A stretch of DNA of 64,000 bases from Planctomycetota bacterium (GTDB lineage Bacteria; Planctomycetota; SZUA-567; H5-PLA8). Under the pieces are notes generated by a model that saw only the letters and a list, made by a program, of their open reading frames with translations, did not search any database and was not told the DNA's origin. The translations under genes were made by a program, and so were the position numbers. Shown piece by piece: positions 39,259 to 49,095 of the stretch; the first letter of the stretch is position 1; each line of letters starts with the position of its first letter. The stretch spans positions 96,001 to 160,000 of the forward strand of contig JBBRPR010000005.1 in NCBI GenBank assembly GCA_038227875.1. Direction: 5' to 3'.

Positions 39259-39633
39259 ATGACCACCGCACTGCAAAGTCGCACCACCCGCCACCGCGTT
39301 GCCGCGGTCACCGAACTCCCACCCGGTTCGCGCAAGGTCATCAAGATCGGCGAGCGCGAAGTCGGCGTCTTCAACGTGAACGGCGCGTACAAGGCCGTGC
39401 TCAACCTCTGTCCCCACGCCCTCGCGCCCATTTGCAGCGGCGCGGTGCGCGGCACGGTCCTGCCTTCCAAGCCCGGTGAGTTTTCATGGGGCCGCAGCGG
39501 CGAAATCATCTCCTGCCCCTGGCACGGCTGGGAATTCAGCCTGCTCGACGGCAAAAGCCTCCACGACGAGCGCTGCCATCTCAAGACGTTCAACGTGGTC
39601 GTGGAAGAGGGGGTCGTGTTTCTGGAATGCTGA
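39259..39633 (+). CDS. Rieske [2Fe-2S] ferredoxin
   Basis: CPH and CPWHGWEF ligand boxes; GGAG RBS. Confidence 0.93.
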   Translation: MTTALQSRTTRHRVAAVTELPPGSRKVIKIGEREVGVFNVNGAYKAVLNLCPHALAPICSGAVRGTVLPSKPGEFSWGRSGEIISCPWHGWEFSLLDGKSLHDERCHLKTFNVVVEEGVVFLEC

Positions 39634-39704
39634 GGAGTTAAGGAAGTCTGAGGACTGAGCAAAAATCCCCCGCGTACCGCGGTGGATTTCCCTGCCGCGA
39701 AGCG

Positions 39705-39736
39705 AATTCAAAATTAATCATTCAAAATTAAAAATT
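39705..39736. repeat. Degenerate heptamer tandem repeat (AATTCAA-type)
   Basis: AATTCAA AATTAAT CATTCAA AATTAAA AATT; same unit as the reverse complement of the 23219 array. Confidence 0.6.
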
Positions 39737-39744
39737 GCCGTGGA

Positions 39745-41520
39745 TCACGACGCCTTGCTGACCTGCGCCGCCGGCCTTGACGAGAGCAGCTCATGCAGCT
39801 TCTGCTGCAGCGCTTCCGGCGCAAACGGTTTCTGGATGAACGCCGTGCCCGGCCGCAAGACTTCACGCCGCATCGATTCGTCCGGCATGTGCCCCGAAAT
39901 GTAGAGCACCTTCGTGGCAGGCGAGACGGAGAGCATCCGCTCCGACAGTTCCAGCCCATTCATCTTGCCCATGATCATATCCGTGATCAGCACGTCGATG
40001 CCGCGGGTGTAATTGGTAATGAGCCGGTCGGCCTCTTCACCCGAGGCGGCGTCCAGCACCGTGTAGCCCTGGCTCTGCAGCAAGCGCACGTACACTGACC
40101 GCAGCGCCACATCGTCTTCCACCAGCAGCACCGTTTCGCCCCGGCCCCCGGCGGAAAGCGTCGGCGCCTTGAGGATGATCTCGGCCGCTTCGCTGACCCG
40201 CGGCAGCTGCACGAAAAACGACGTGCCTGCATTCACTTCGGACTTGAACGTCACCACACCACCACTCTGGTTGACAATACCGTAGACCGTCGCCAGCCCC
40301 AGCCCGGTCCCCCGCCCCAGCGGCTTGGTGGTGAAGAACGGCTCGAAAATGTGCCGCTGCGTTTCCGCGCTCATTCCCACACCGTTGTCGCTGATCGTCA
40401 AGCGCACGAACGGCCCCGTCACCTTTGCCATCCCGGCCGGTTCCCCGCCCGCCGCCGGAAGGTCGTTCTCGCCGACTTCCGTCTTGATCGTAATCAGACC
40501 GCCATTGGGCAGCGCGTCGCGCGCATTCAGACACAGGTTCAACAGCACCTGTTCGATCTGGCGTTCGTCGGCACGCACGCGCACGGTTTCACCGCAGAGC
40601 GCCAACTGCAGCGTCATCCGCTCGTTGATCAGCCCGCGCAGCAACGGCTCCAGGCTCCGGATCACCGCATTCAAGTCGAGCACCTTCGGGTCGAGCATCT
40701 GGCGGCGGCTGAAGGCCAGCATCTGCCGCGTCAGCGCCGAACCCCGTTCCACCGCGTCCTGAATCACCTTCACGTCCGCCAGCAGTTCGCGGTGCGCGCC
40801 CAGCCGCAGTTTCAGCAGATCTGAACAGCCCTGGATCACGCAGAGCAGATTGTTGAAATCATGCGCCACGCCGCCGGCCAGCTGCCCCACGGCTTCCATG
40901 CGCTGGGCGTGCTGCAGGCGTTCTTCCAGCAGCTTGCGTTCGGTGATGTCCTGCGACAACACAATCACGCCGGCGATGTTTCCATTGGCGTCGCGGAACG
41001 GCACTTTGTCCGTGCGCACCCAGCGCTTTTCGTTCAGCGACTGAACCGGCTCGGTGATGCCCAGCTTGGGCCGCTCACTGCGAATCACCTCGAGATCATC
41101 GTTGTGGTACTTCTCAGCTTCGTCTGGATAAATTTCAACCGTCGGCCGGCCTTCGATTTCATCCACGCGCCTGCCGATGGAATCGGCCACCGCCTGGTTG
41201 ACACGCAGAATGCGATTTTCTTTGTCCTTGATCCAGATCAGGGACGGCACGGAGTTGAAGACGATGCGGAATTCTTCGGTGCTTCGTTTCAGCCGCAATT
41301 CCGCGCGCTGAACTTCGGCCGCCACATCACGGAGCTGCGCGTTCAGCACGGCCATCTCGCGCGCGTGAGCTTCAGTGTCGCGCACCTGCTGGGCCCGCAG
41401 TGCATCGAGTTGCTCTGCAAGCAGGCGCCTGGCCGCTCGGATTTGGACCAGCCCAATCATCAGCCCCGTGAGGATCAGGAGCGAGGCAGCGCTCAACACC
41501 CAATAGACAACCATGGCCAC
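39745..41520 (-). CDS. Membrane-anchored PAS hybrid histidine kinase with receiver domain
   Basis: N-terminal TM, coiled coil, PAS/PAC, AHDFNN, NARDA, DNGVG, GTGLGL, and REC (LITDMIM). Confidence 0.92.
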   Translation of the reverse strand: MAMVVYWVLSAASLLILTGLMIGLVQIRAARRLLAEQLDALRAQQVRDTEAHAREMAVLNAQLRDVAAEVQRAELRLKRSTEEFRIVFNSVPSLIWIKDKENRILRVNQAVADSIGRRVDEIEGRPTVEIYPDEAEKYHNDDLEVIRSERPKLGITEPVQSLNEKRWVRTDKVPFRDANGNIAGVIVLSQDITERKLLEERLQHAQRMEAVGQLAGGVAHDFNNLLCVIQGCSDLLKLRLGAHRELLADVKVIQDAVERGSALTRQMLAFSRRQMLDPKVLDLNAVIRSLEPLLRGLINERMTLQLALCGETVRVRADERQIEQVLLNLCLNARDALPNGGLITIKTEVGENDLPAAGGEPAGMAKVTGPFVRLTISDNGVGMSAETQRHIFEPFFTTKPLGRGTGLGLATVYGIVNQSGGVVTFKSEVNAGTSFFVQLPRVSEAAEIILKAPTLSAGGRGETVLLVEDDVALRSVYVRLLQSQGYTVLDAASGEEADRLITNYTRGIDVLITDMIMGKMNGLELSERMLSVSPATKVLYISGHMPDESMRREVLRPGTAFIQKPFAPEALQQKLHELLSSRPAAQVSKAS

Positions 41521-41741
41521 AGAGTACTCCGCAATAGGTAGGGATCAACGAGTTGCTAAATAAGAACCGCATCGCGATCGAACTTGTATTTTCCCTCTAT
41601 CAAGTTTAAGAATAACACACATTGTGCGCAAGACCAATCCTGGATTTGTATATTCTTATTAAAATAAGATAGCATTTATACAAGGGTTTGGTGTATTTAT
41701 CACTGTGTTGAAATTCAGACTCATAAAGGGGGTCCTCTACC

Positions 41742-44700
41742 GTGAAAACCATGCTCGCCGTCCTCTCCTTGGTCCTTTCCATCGGCGCAGCCCATGCCGC
41801 TCAGTTGGAGATTGATCTGCCGCTGGCGCGCCACGCCTACCAGACCAATGAACAGATTTACCTGGCGGTTGTCCGCTCCGATGCCAACGCGCTCAGCGCC
41901 GGCAATCTCACGCTGACGATCACCACCACCGACGGCAGCAAGATGCTCTTCGACTTCCCCGTCAAAGCCGCTCCGGTCGCCGGAAAAGACGCGCGCTGCG
42001 TCGAACACGTGCTGCTCAACGGCTGGCTGCTGCGTCCCGGAAATTACAAAGTCGAAGCCGCCTGCGACGGCACCACCGCGGTGGCGGGCTTTGAAGTCTT
42101 CAGCCACATTCGCAAGAGCAGCTTTATCCTGGCCGATTGGGGCAATCACGCGGCGAAAAACCAGCAGGTGCTGTTGGGTGAAGACAGCGTCGGCTTCAAT
42201 CTCAATCTCGCCGGTTACGGCGGCATCATCCCCGATGAAATGATCCAGGCCGGCACCGATTTCATGCGCTGCTGTACGATGGGCGGCGCGCATCAGATGG
42301 ACATGCGCCATGAATGCGACTGGTCCGATCCGTACGTGCTCCACGGCAGCGAAGCCCGCGTCGTCCGTGAGGCGATGCAGGACCGCACTTCCGGCAACTG
42401 CATGGGCGTCCACTTCTACGACGAACCCGGCCTGACCTGGTGGAAGAATCCGAAGACCGACACCTTTGTACCCGACAACATTCCCGCGCAGGACCGCTCG
42501 TTCTTCAATGCGTTCGGCAAACCGTGCATTCAGTATCAGGATGTCAAACCCAACGACCCGGCCAGCGTTGCCCAGTGGAAGTTCCTCGGCAACTGGAAGC
42601 TCTCCTTCATGGATGCCGCGTGGAAGTACAGCGCCTTCGGCGTCAGCGACGTGAAGTCCGACTTCCTCTCCGTCACGCAAAGCGTCTACGGCTGGAGTTC
42701 CTACTGCGACGGCTATTACTTTCCGATCACGCGCTCGCTGCCGGTGATCAGCGGCCACGGCGGCTACGACGACCTGGGCTCCGGCTACATGTTTCCGTCG
42801 TTCACTTTCGAATTCGGCCGCATGCGCGAACTCAACAAGCCCAACTGGTACCTGCCGGTCTGGTACCTGGGCACCAACAGCGACCATTTCCGCTGTGAGC
42901 AGTACCTCTCCTTCATGAACAATCTTCAAGGCATGATGACCCCGCCGGATCACCGCGTCCATACGCCGTCAGCCGACCCCAATGGCATTGACGGCATCGT
43001 TGAGTCGAACAAGCTTTTCGCGCGGCTGGGCACGATCTTCACCACCATGCCCGTGACGCGCCCGCCGGCGGCCGTGCTCTACTCGATGTCGCACAATCTT
43101 CACGCGCAGTCGCAGGACCTGATCAAGAATCCCGCCAACAACTTCGGCAACCACATGAACGCACTGCAATCCATCTACCTGGCCAGCAAGCTCAACCAGA
43201 CGCCGGTCTTCCCCATCGTCGATGAGGACATCCTCGACGGCACGCTCGCCGCGAACCACAAAGCCGTGATCCTCGGCGGCATCGACTTTCTCGACCCGAA
43301 GGTCATCGCGACGCTGGAGACCTATGCGGCCGACGGCGGACTGGTGCTGCTCACCGACGATTGCAAGGTGACCATCAAGGGCAGCACCAAGCTGGGCATC
43401 CCTGTCGACTACGCCCTCTACGACGCAATCAACAAGGCGTACACCGAAAAGAATATGCCCGAAGTCTGGCGCTTGGACGTCGTGCCCAACTACTTCAAGA
43501 GCTGCGCCGGGCTGGCGACGGCGTTGAAGGCCAAGCTGGGAGCCGCCGGCATTCAGCCGGTCTTCGAAACCGAAAGCGCCACGCTCGCGGCCTCGCGCCA
43601 GGCGCTGGGCGATGTGGAGTACGACTTCGCCGTCAACATCACGCCCGATCCGACCCGCCTTGGCAAGAACAACCTCAAGCCGCTGACCGCCAGCATCGGA
43701 CTGCCCGGCGACGACCGCCCGATCTACGACGCGATCACGGGCGGACCCGCCACACAGTTCGCCAAAAAGGGCGCGACGCTCTCAGCCGACTTCCGATTCG
43801 GCCCCGGCGAGATGCGCGTCTTCGCGCGCACCGCGCGGCCCATCGGCAGCGTGCAAGTCATGCCGCCGGTCGTCTACAAGGACTACACGCTCCAGAAGAA
43901 TCCCATTCGCCTCGACCTGACCGCGATGGTCGCCGACACCAAGGGGCGCATCCTTTCCGGCTCAATTCCCCTGCAGATTCGCGTCACCGATCCGCTCGGC
44001 GCCGTGCGCTTCGAACTCTTCCGTGCCACCGATAGGGGCACCTGCCACGTCGAACTGCCGCTGGCCGTGAACGACGCCAACGGTCAGTGGACGGTGACCG
44101 TGCGCGAGCTGCTGGCCAACACCGAAGACACGGCGACCTTCGCCTACGGCACGCCCAAGAGCTGCGGCGCATTGGCCGGCGCAATTCCGCGCGCCACCTA
44201 CTTCAGCGACGACCGTTCGCACATCTTCAAGTTCTTCCGCACACACCGAATGGTCACCATTGTCGCCGGCTCGAGTTCCTACGACCGAGCCGCGGCCGAA
44301 CGGATCAGCGCCAGCCTCAAGCCCTGGGACGTGACGTCGACCATCGTCGACGCGGCGGACGTCAGCAAGCCCCGCACGCTCACGGAAGAGGAAGCGAAAT
44401 CCTGGACCGGCATGATGGGCGGCACGAAAAAGCCCGCGGACGCCAATCTCCGCAACGTCGGCTTCGCGCTGCAGGGACCGGCGATCCTGGTCGGCACACC
44501 GGATGACAATCCGATGATCAAGTTCGCGCAGGACGAACATTTTCTGCCGTACGTGGCTGACAAAGTGAACTTCCCCGGCGCCGGCCGCGGTTACCTGGCC
44601 TGGCAGCGCGACGCCATCGGCTATGGGCAGGAATCGCTGACCGTCATCGCCTTCGATGCAGAGGGCATGGACGAAGCCGCCGGCACGCTCTACGAAGCGG

Positions 44701-46154
44701 CGGCCGGCATCGATCCGGTAATGGCGCTTAACATTCCGTTGACCAGCACCGTCTCACCGGCATCGCAGTACGAAAAAATTCCCGCGCTGAAAGCCGCCTG
44801 GCGCACCGCGCTGCCCGACAACGCGGCCAGTCACAAGCTGCTGGCCGACGGCAGCCTGTTGGTGCTCACCAAGGACGGCTCGCTGACGAAACTGGACGCC
44901 GCCGGAAAGTCTGCGTGGTCCAAGGGCTTCGACGGCGCTGAAAAGTGGACGCTCGATGCCGCCGCCGATGGCAGCCTGATCGTCGTCGGCGCGTCACAGC
45001 ATCTGCTGGGCTTTGATGCCAGCGGCAAGCAACTCTTTGACACGCCCTTCACGTTCCACGAACCCGGTCGCGAGGGAACTCCCGTCTCGCCGTGCGTGTT
45101 CGTGGCCATCTCTCCCGACAAGAGCCAGATTGCCGCATCCGCCCTGAACGGCCATCTGATGATGTTCGACACGCAAGGCAAACAGAAGTGGACCGTCGGC
45201 GGCGTGACCGACGAGGAGTTCGCCAAGTGGCAAGCCGACACGAAGGAATGGGAATCCGGCATCGACAAGCGCGCCAAGGAGCAGGCTGAATTCAAGCCTA
45301 TCAACGATGCGTTCAAGCTCACGCAGAAAGCCTGGGACGATGGCGCGAAGGAACGCGAAGCGAAGACCAACGAGTTCAAAAAAGCGCATGATAAATGGGC
45401 CCGCGACGTGAAGGCATGGGAGAAGACCAAGGATGGCGAGAAGCCGGTTGAACCGGCCGCGCCCGTGCTGCCGCCCAAGCCGGAAGCGCCGAAGGGTCCG
45501 CCCAATCCGCCGCGCCCCCAGCAGCCCAAGCCGATGCCGTTCAATTCGGGTTTCTTCACCACCGACGGCAAGGCGCTGATCTGCGTCGTCGACAACGGTT
45601 TCGTCGCCGTCGATACGGAAAAAGGAACTGTTGGCGCCAAGCAGGGTGGATTTAAAGTCGGCACGCCGTTCTTCAAACATGGCGACGACATCGTGATGAC
45701 CGACGGCCAGTCGAAAGTCTCGCTCTTCTCTCTCGCCGCGAATAAAGTCACCAAGCAACTGGCGCTGACGTGGGCCGACATCGACCCGAAGACCAACAAG
45801 CCGCGCCAGAATCCCATCGGCGTCTATTCCATGGTTCCCAACGGAGATGGCCTATTGATCGCCGGTGAAGTCGATTCCACCGTCTACGCCGTAAAGTCGC
45901 TGGAAGGCGAGCAAGCGCAGGCCGTGACGTGGCAGTACAAGGACCCGCGCCGCCTGGTGAAGTACATCACCGTCGCCAACAACCTCGCCGCCGTCGTTTA
46001 CTTCGGCGGCTGGATGACGGTGCTTGACGCGACGACCGGCGCGCCGAAGTACGCCCAGAATCTCGGCCAGGACGCCACCTTCGCCGAGTGGAGCGGCGCG
46101 GCCCTGCTGGTCGGCACCGCCGACGGACGTATCACCGCACTATCGGAGAAGTGA
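41742..46154 (+). CDS. Large secreted multidomain protein: putative glycoside-hydrolase-like barrel, Ig/MG-like domain and C-terminal beta-propeller
   Basis: 1470 aa with a signal peptide. GVHFYDEPG resembles a clan GH-A acid/base site. Also a GATase-like segment, an MG-like PLQIRVTDPLG...GQWTVTVREL segment, and propeller blades (LDAAGKSAW, FDTQGKQKW, LDATTG). Confidence 0.65.
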   Translation: MKTMLAVLSLVLSIGAAHAAQLEIDLPLARHAYQTNEQIYLAVVRSDANALSAGNLTLTITTTDGSKMLFDFPVKAAPVAGKDARCVEHVLLNGWLLRPGNYKVEAACDGTTAVAGFEVFSHIRKSSFILADWGNHAAKNQQVLLGEDSVGFNLNLAGYGGIIPDEMIQAGTDFMRCCTMGGAHQMDMRHECDWSDPYVLHGSEARVVREAMQDRTSGNCMGVHFYDEPGLTWWKNPKTDTFVPDNIPAQDRSFFNAFGKPCIQYQDVKPNDPASVAQWKFLGNWKLSFMDAAWKYSAFGVSDVKSDFLSVTQSVYGWSSYCDGYYFPITRSLPVISGHGGYDDLGSGYMFPSFTFEFGRMRELNKPNWYLPVWYLGTNSDHFRCEQYLSFMNNLQGMMTPPDHRVHTPSADPNGIDGIVESNKLFARLGTIFTTMPVTRPPAAVLYSMSHNLHAQSQDLIKNPANNFGNHMNALQSIYLASKLNQTPVFPIVDEDILDGTLAANHKAVILGGIDFLDPKVIATLETYAADGGLVLLTDDCKVTIKGSTKLGIPVDYALYDAINKAYTEKNMPEVWRLDVVPNYFKSCAGLATALKAKLGAAGIQPVFETESATLAASRQALGDVEYDFAVNITPDPTRLGKNNLKPLTASIGLPGDDRPIYDAITGGPATQFAKKGATLSADFRFGPGEMRVFARTARPIGSVQVMPPVVYKDYTLQKNPIRLDLTAMVADTKGRILSGSIPLQIRVTDPLGAVRFELFRATDRGTCHVELPLAVNDANGQWTVTVRELLANTEDTATFAYGTPKSCGALAGAIPRATYFSDDRSHIFKFFRTHRMVTIVAGSSSYDRAAAERISASLKPWDVTSTIVDAADVSKPRTLTEEEAKSWTGMMGGTKKPADANLRNVGFALQGPAILVGTPDDNPMIKFAQDEHFLPYVADKVNFPGAGRGYLAWQRDAIGYGQESLTVIAFDAEGMDEAAGTLYEAAAGIDPVMALNIPLTSTVSPASQYEKIPALKAAWRTALPDNAASHKLLADGSLLVLTKDGSLTKLDAAGKSAWSKGFDGAEKWTLDAAADGSLIVVGASQHLLGFDASGKQLFDTPFTFHEPGREGTPVSPCVFVAISPDKSQIAASALNGHLMMFDTQGKQKWTVGGVTDEEFAKWQADTKEWESGIDKRAKEQAEFKPINDAFKLTQKAWDDGAKEREAKTNEFKKAHDKWARDVKAWEKTKDGEKPVEPAAPVLPPKPEAPKGPPNPPRPQQPKPMPFNSGFFTTDGKALICVVDNGFVAVDTEKGTVGAKQGGFKVGTPFFKHGDDIVMTDGQSKVSLFSLAANKVTKQLALTWADIDPKTNKPRQNPIGVYSMVPNGDGLLIAGEVDSTVYAVKSLEGEQAQAVTWQYKDPRRLVKYITVANNLAAVVYFGGWMTVLDATTGAPKYAQNLGQDATFAEWSGAALLVGTADGRITALSEK

Positions 46155-46175
46155 AGGGCTGAGGACTGAGGACTG

Positions 46176-46210
46176 AAAAAAACGAGCCGCTTTAAGCGGC
46201 TCGCTTTATT
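46176..46210. terminator. Bidirectional Rho-independent terminator
   Basis: A-tract, CGAGCCGCTT-T-AAGCGGCTCG (46183-46203), then CTTTATT; lies between convergent genes. Confidence 0.75.
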
Positions 46211-46230
46211 GCAGGCGCAAAGCGCCGCCG

Positions 46231-46264
46231 CCGTTCTCCCCCCCTTGAAAAGGGGGGAGAATGG
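46231..46264. repeat. Hairpin with a CCCCCTT-GAA-AAGGGGG core (REP-like or terminator)
   Basis: CCGTTCTCCCCCCCTTGAAAAGGGGGGAGAATGG immediately after the can stop codon. Confidence 0.6.
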
Positions 46265-46267
46265 TGC

Positions 46268-46927
46268 TCACGCTTCTTCCCCATGTAACCGGTGGACCGA
46301 GTCGATCTGATCAGGGCTCGAGATCACGCAGTTGAGGTGGCGCAGGCGGCCGTCGGTCAGTTCGTAGATCCAGCCATGCACGCAGAGCTCCTGGCCACGC
46401 TTCCATGCGTTCTGGATGATCGTGGTGTGGCAGACGTTCAGCGCCTGGCGGATCACGTTCAATTCGGCCAGGCGGTTGTAGCGCAGCCGCTCGTCAGCGA
46501 TGGCATTGAGCTCCGTCTTGTGATGCGCGTAGATGTCACGGATGTTGCGCAGCCAGTTGTCGGCCAGCCCCATCTGCGATTGGCGCATCGCCGCTAAAAC
46601 GCCGCTGCAGCCGTAATGGCCGCAGACAATCACGTGCTTGACCTTCAACACTTCGACCGCGAACTGGATCACCGACAAGCAATTGAAGTCGGTGTTCAAC
46701 GCGAGGTTCGCGACGTTGCGGTGGACGAAGACTTCGCCCGGCTCCAGGCCAATCACCTGATTGGCCGGAATGCGGCTATCGGAGCAACCGATCCAGAGGT
46801 ACTCCGGCGACTGCTGCAGCGAAAGCCGCTTGAAGAAATTCGGATCGGTCGCGATTCGCGACTCCGACCACTGGCGGTTCTTCTCGAACAGGTGTTCCAA
46901 TTCTTCTTTCACACGTCCCTCCAACAA
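46268..46927 (-). CDS. can: Beta-class carbonic anhydrase
   Basis: Zn-ligand motifs WIGCSDSR and CGHYGCSGV, plus GEVFVHRNVAN and ELNV. Confidence 0.95.
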   Translation of the reverse strand: MLEGRVKEELEHLFEKNRQWSESRIATDPNFFKRLSLQQSPEYLWIGCSDSRIPANQVIGLEPGEVFVHRNVANLALNTDFNCLSVIQFAVEVLKVKHVIVCGHYGCSGVLAAMRQSQMGLADNWLRNIRDIYAHHKTELNAIADERLRYNRLAELNVIRQALNVCHTTIIQNAWKRGQELCVHGWIYELTDGRLRHLNCVISSPDQIDSVHRLHGEEA

Positions 46928-46995
46928 AATTGTGGTGAGGGCGCAGAATACCGGAAGACCCGCCGCTTGACGAGTGAACCTCGCAATTCAAATTT

Positions 46996-47018
46996 TGCAG
47001 GCGGGACGCCTGCACCAC
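46996..47018 (-). repeat. GTGG-type REP-like element
   Basis: On the - strand it reads GTGG-TGCAGGCG-TCC-CGCCTGCA: a tetranucleotide followed by an 8-bp-stem palindrome. Confidence 0.6.
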
Positions 47019-47025
47019 AAACGGG

Positions 47026-47814
<789 letters not shown>

Positions 47815-47844
47815 ATCCTCCCGCGCGTGATCACAGAGGTAAGA

Positions 47845-48921
47845 CTACTCCACTAATTTAACCGTGCGCTTCTCTTTTGCGCTGAGCACCGCCGAATCCA
47901 CGATCTGCTGGCCGATGCGGCAGATCTGCGGCGAGAGCGGACCTTCGACCGGCTTGTGGTGCTCAATGCAGTCGAGAAAGTATTCGATCGGGTTGCGGTA
48001 CGGCGCGGCGAGCACATCGACGGGAAGGTCGTAGCCTTCCGGCCGCGCGTTGGTCTGGATGCGGATGGTTTGCGCATAGTCGTAGCTGGCGATCGTGCCC
48101 TGCGTGCCGACGATGACGAAACCGCACTTGGGCTGCGGCTGGAGCGTCCATGGATCGGAGAAGGTGCCCCAGCGCGTCTCGAATTTTGAGAGCCCCGACG
48201 CATAGCGCGCGATAGTGATGCTGTGTTCGTCGACGGACAAGCCCAGCGGCTCGTCGACCACAGCCGTGACTTCCAGCGGCGACTTACCGCCGTGAAACCA
48301 CGTGCCCAGGGTCGTGCCATAACCGAGATAGTCGAGCAGCGAGCCGCCGCCGGATTCCTTCTGGTAGAACCAGCTCTTCGATTTTTCGCGCGCGGCGGTG
48401 AGCGGATCGATCTCCACCTTGTCGGCGACGTGGCGCATCGGGCCGCGGTTGCCGTCGTAGTAGTGAACTTCGATCACCACGCCGATCAGCTTCTCGTCGA
48501 TCAGCCGCTTGGTCGTCACGTGCGGCGGATACCAGCGCAGCGGCCAGTTGATCGCCAGTTGCTTGCCGGTCTTCTTCAACGCGGCGACCATCGCATCGGC
48601 TTCGGCCAGCGTCGCGGCGAAGGGCTTCTCGACCAGCACGTGAGCTCCGAACGGCGCGACCTTCTCCGTCCATTTTCCGTGCTGCGCAGTGGCGGGGCAG
48701 AGCAGCACAACGTCAGGTGCGGTCTGGTCGAGGCACTTGGCGTAATCAGTGAAAACGCGCTCGGGCGGAATCTTGAAATTCTTGATCGCTGCGCGCATGC
48801 GGTCGGGCGTTTCGTCAGCGATGCCCACGATCTCCGCGTTGGGATGTTCGTGCGCCATGCGCAGCAGGTCGCCCATATGCATGTGGTCGAAGTTGATGCC
48901 GGCGATCTTCCATTTTTTCAT
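47845..48921 (-). CDS. Gfo/Idh/MocA-family oxidoreductase
   Basis: HVLVEKPFA, INWPLRW, GGGSLLDYLGYG. Start taken at ATG 48921. Confidence 0.9.
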   Translation of the reverse strand: MKKWKIAGINFDHMHMGDLLRMAHEHPNAEIVGIADETPDRMRAAIKNFKIPPERVFTDYAKCLDQTAPDVVLLCPATAQHGKWTEKVAPFGAHVLVEKPFAATLAEADAMVAALKKTGKQLAINWPLRWYPPHVTTKRLIDEKLIGVVIEVHYYDGNRGPMRHVADKVEIDPLTAAREKSKSWFYQKESGGGSLLDYLGYGTTLGTWFHGGKSPLEVTAVVDEPLGLSVDEHSITIARYASGLSKFETRWGTFSDPWTLQPQPKCGFVIVGTQGTIASYDYAQTIRIQTNARPEGYDLPVDVLAAPYRNPIEYFLDCIEHHKPVEGPLSPQICRIGQQIVDSAVLSAKEKRTVKLVE

Positions 48922-49018
48922 AACGACGCTCCCGAGCAATGCTCATGGCAGCTTGAAAGTGCAGTAAGAGAATGATGCAACGATTGGGCGTTTTCGAACA
49001 GCCAGAAAGTGGAAAAAT

Positions 49019-49062
49019 GCTCAACTCAGCCGGGCACCAATTGGTGCCCGGCCGAGTTGAGC
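49019..49062. repeat. 44-bp loopless palindrome
   Basis: GCTCAACTCAGCCGGGCACCAA|TTGGTGCCCGGCCGAGTTGAGC. The single mismatch becomes a G-U pair on the - strand RNA. Confidence 0.8.
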
Positions 49063-49095
49063 GCGATTCAAGCCATTGTTGCCGGACGAGTAGAC

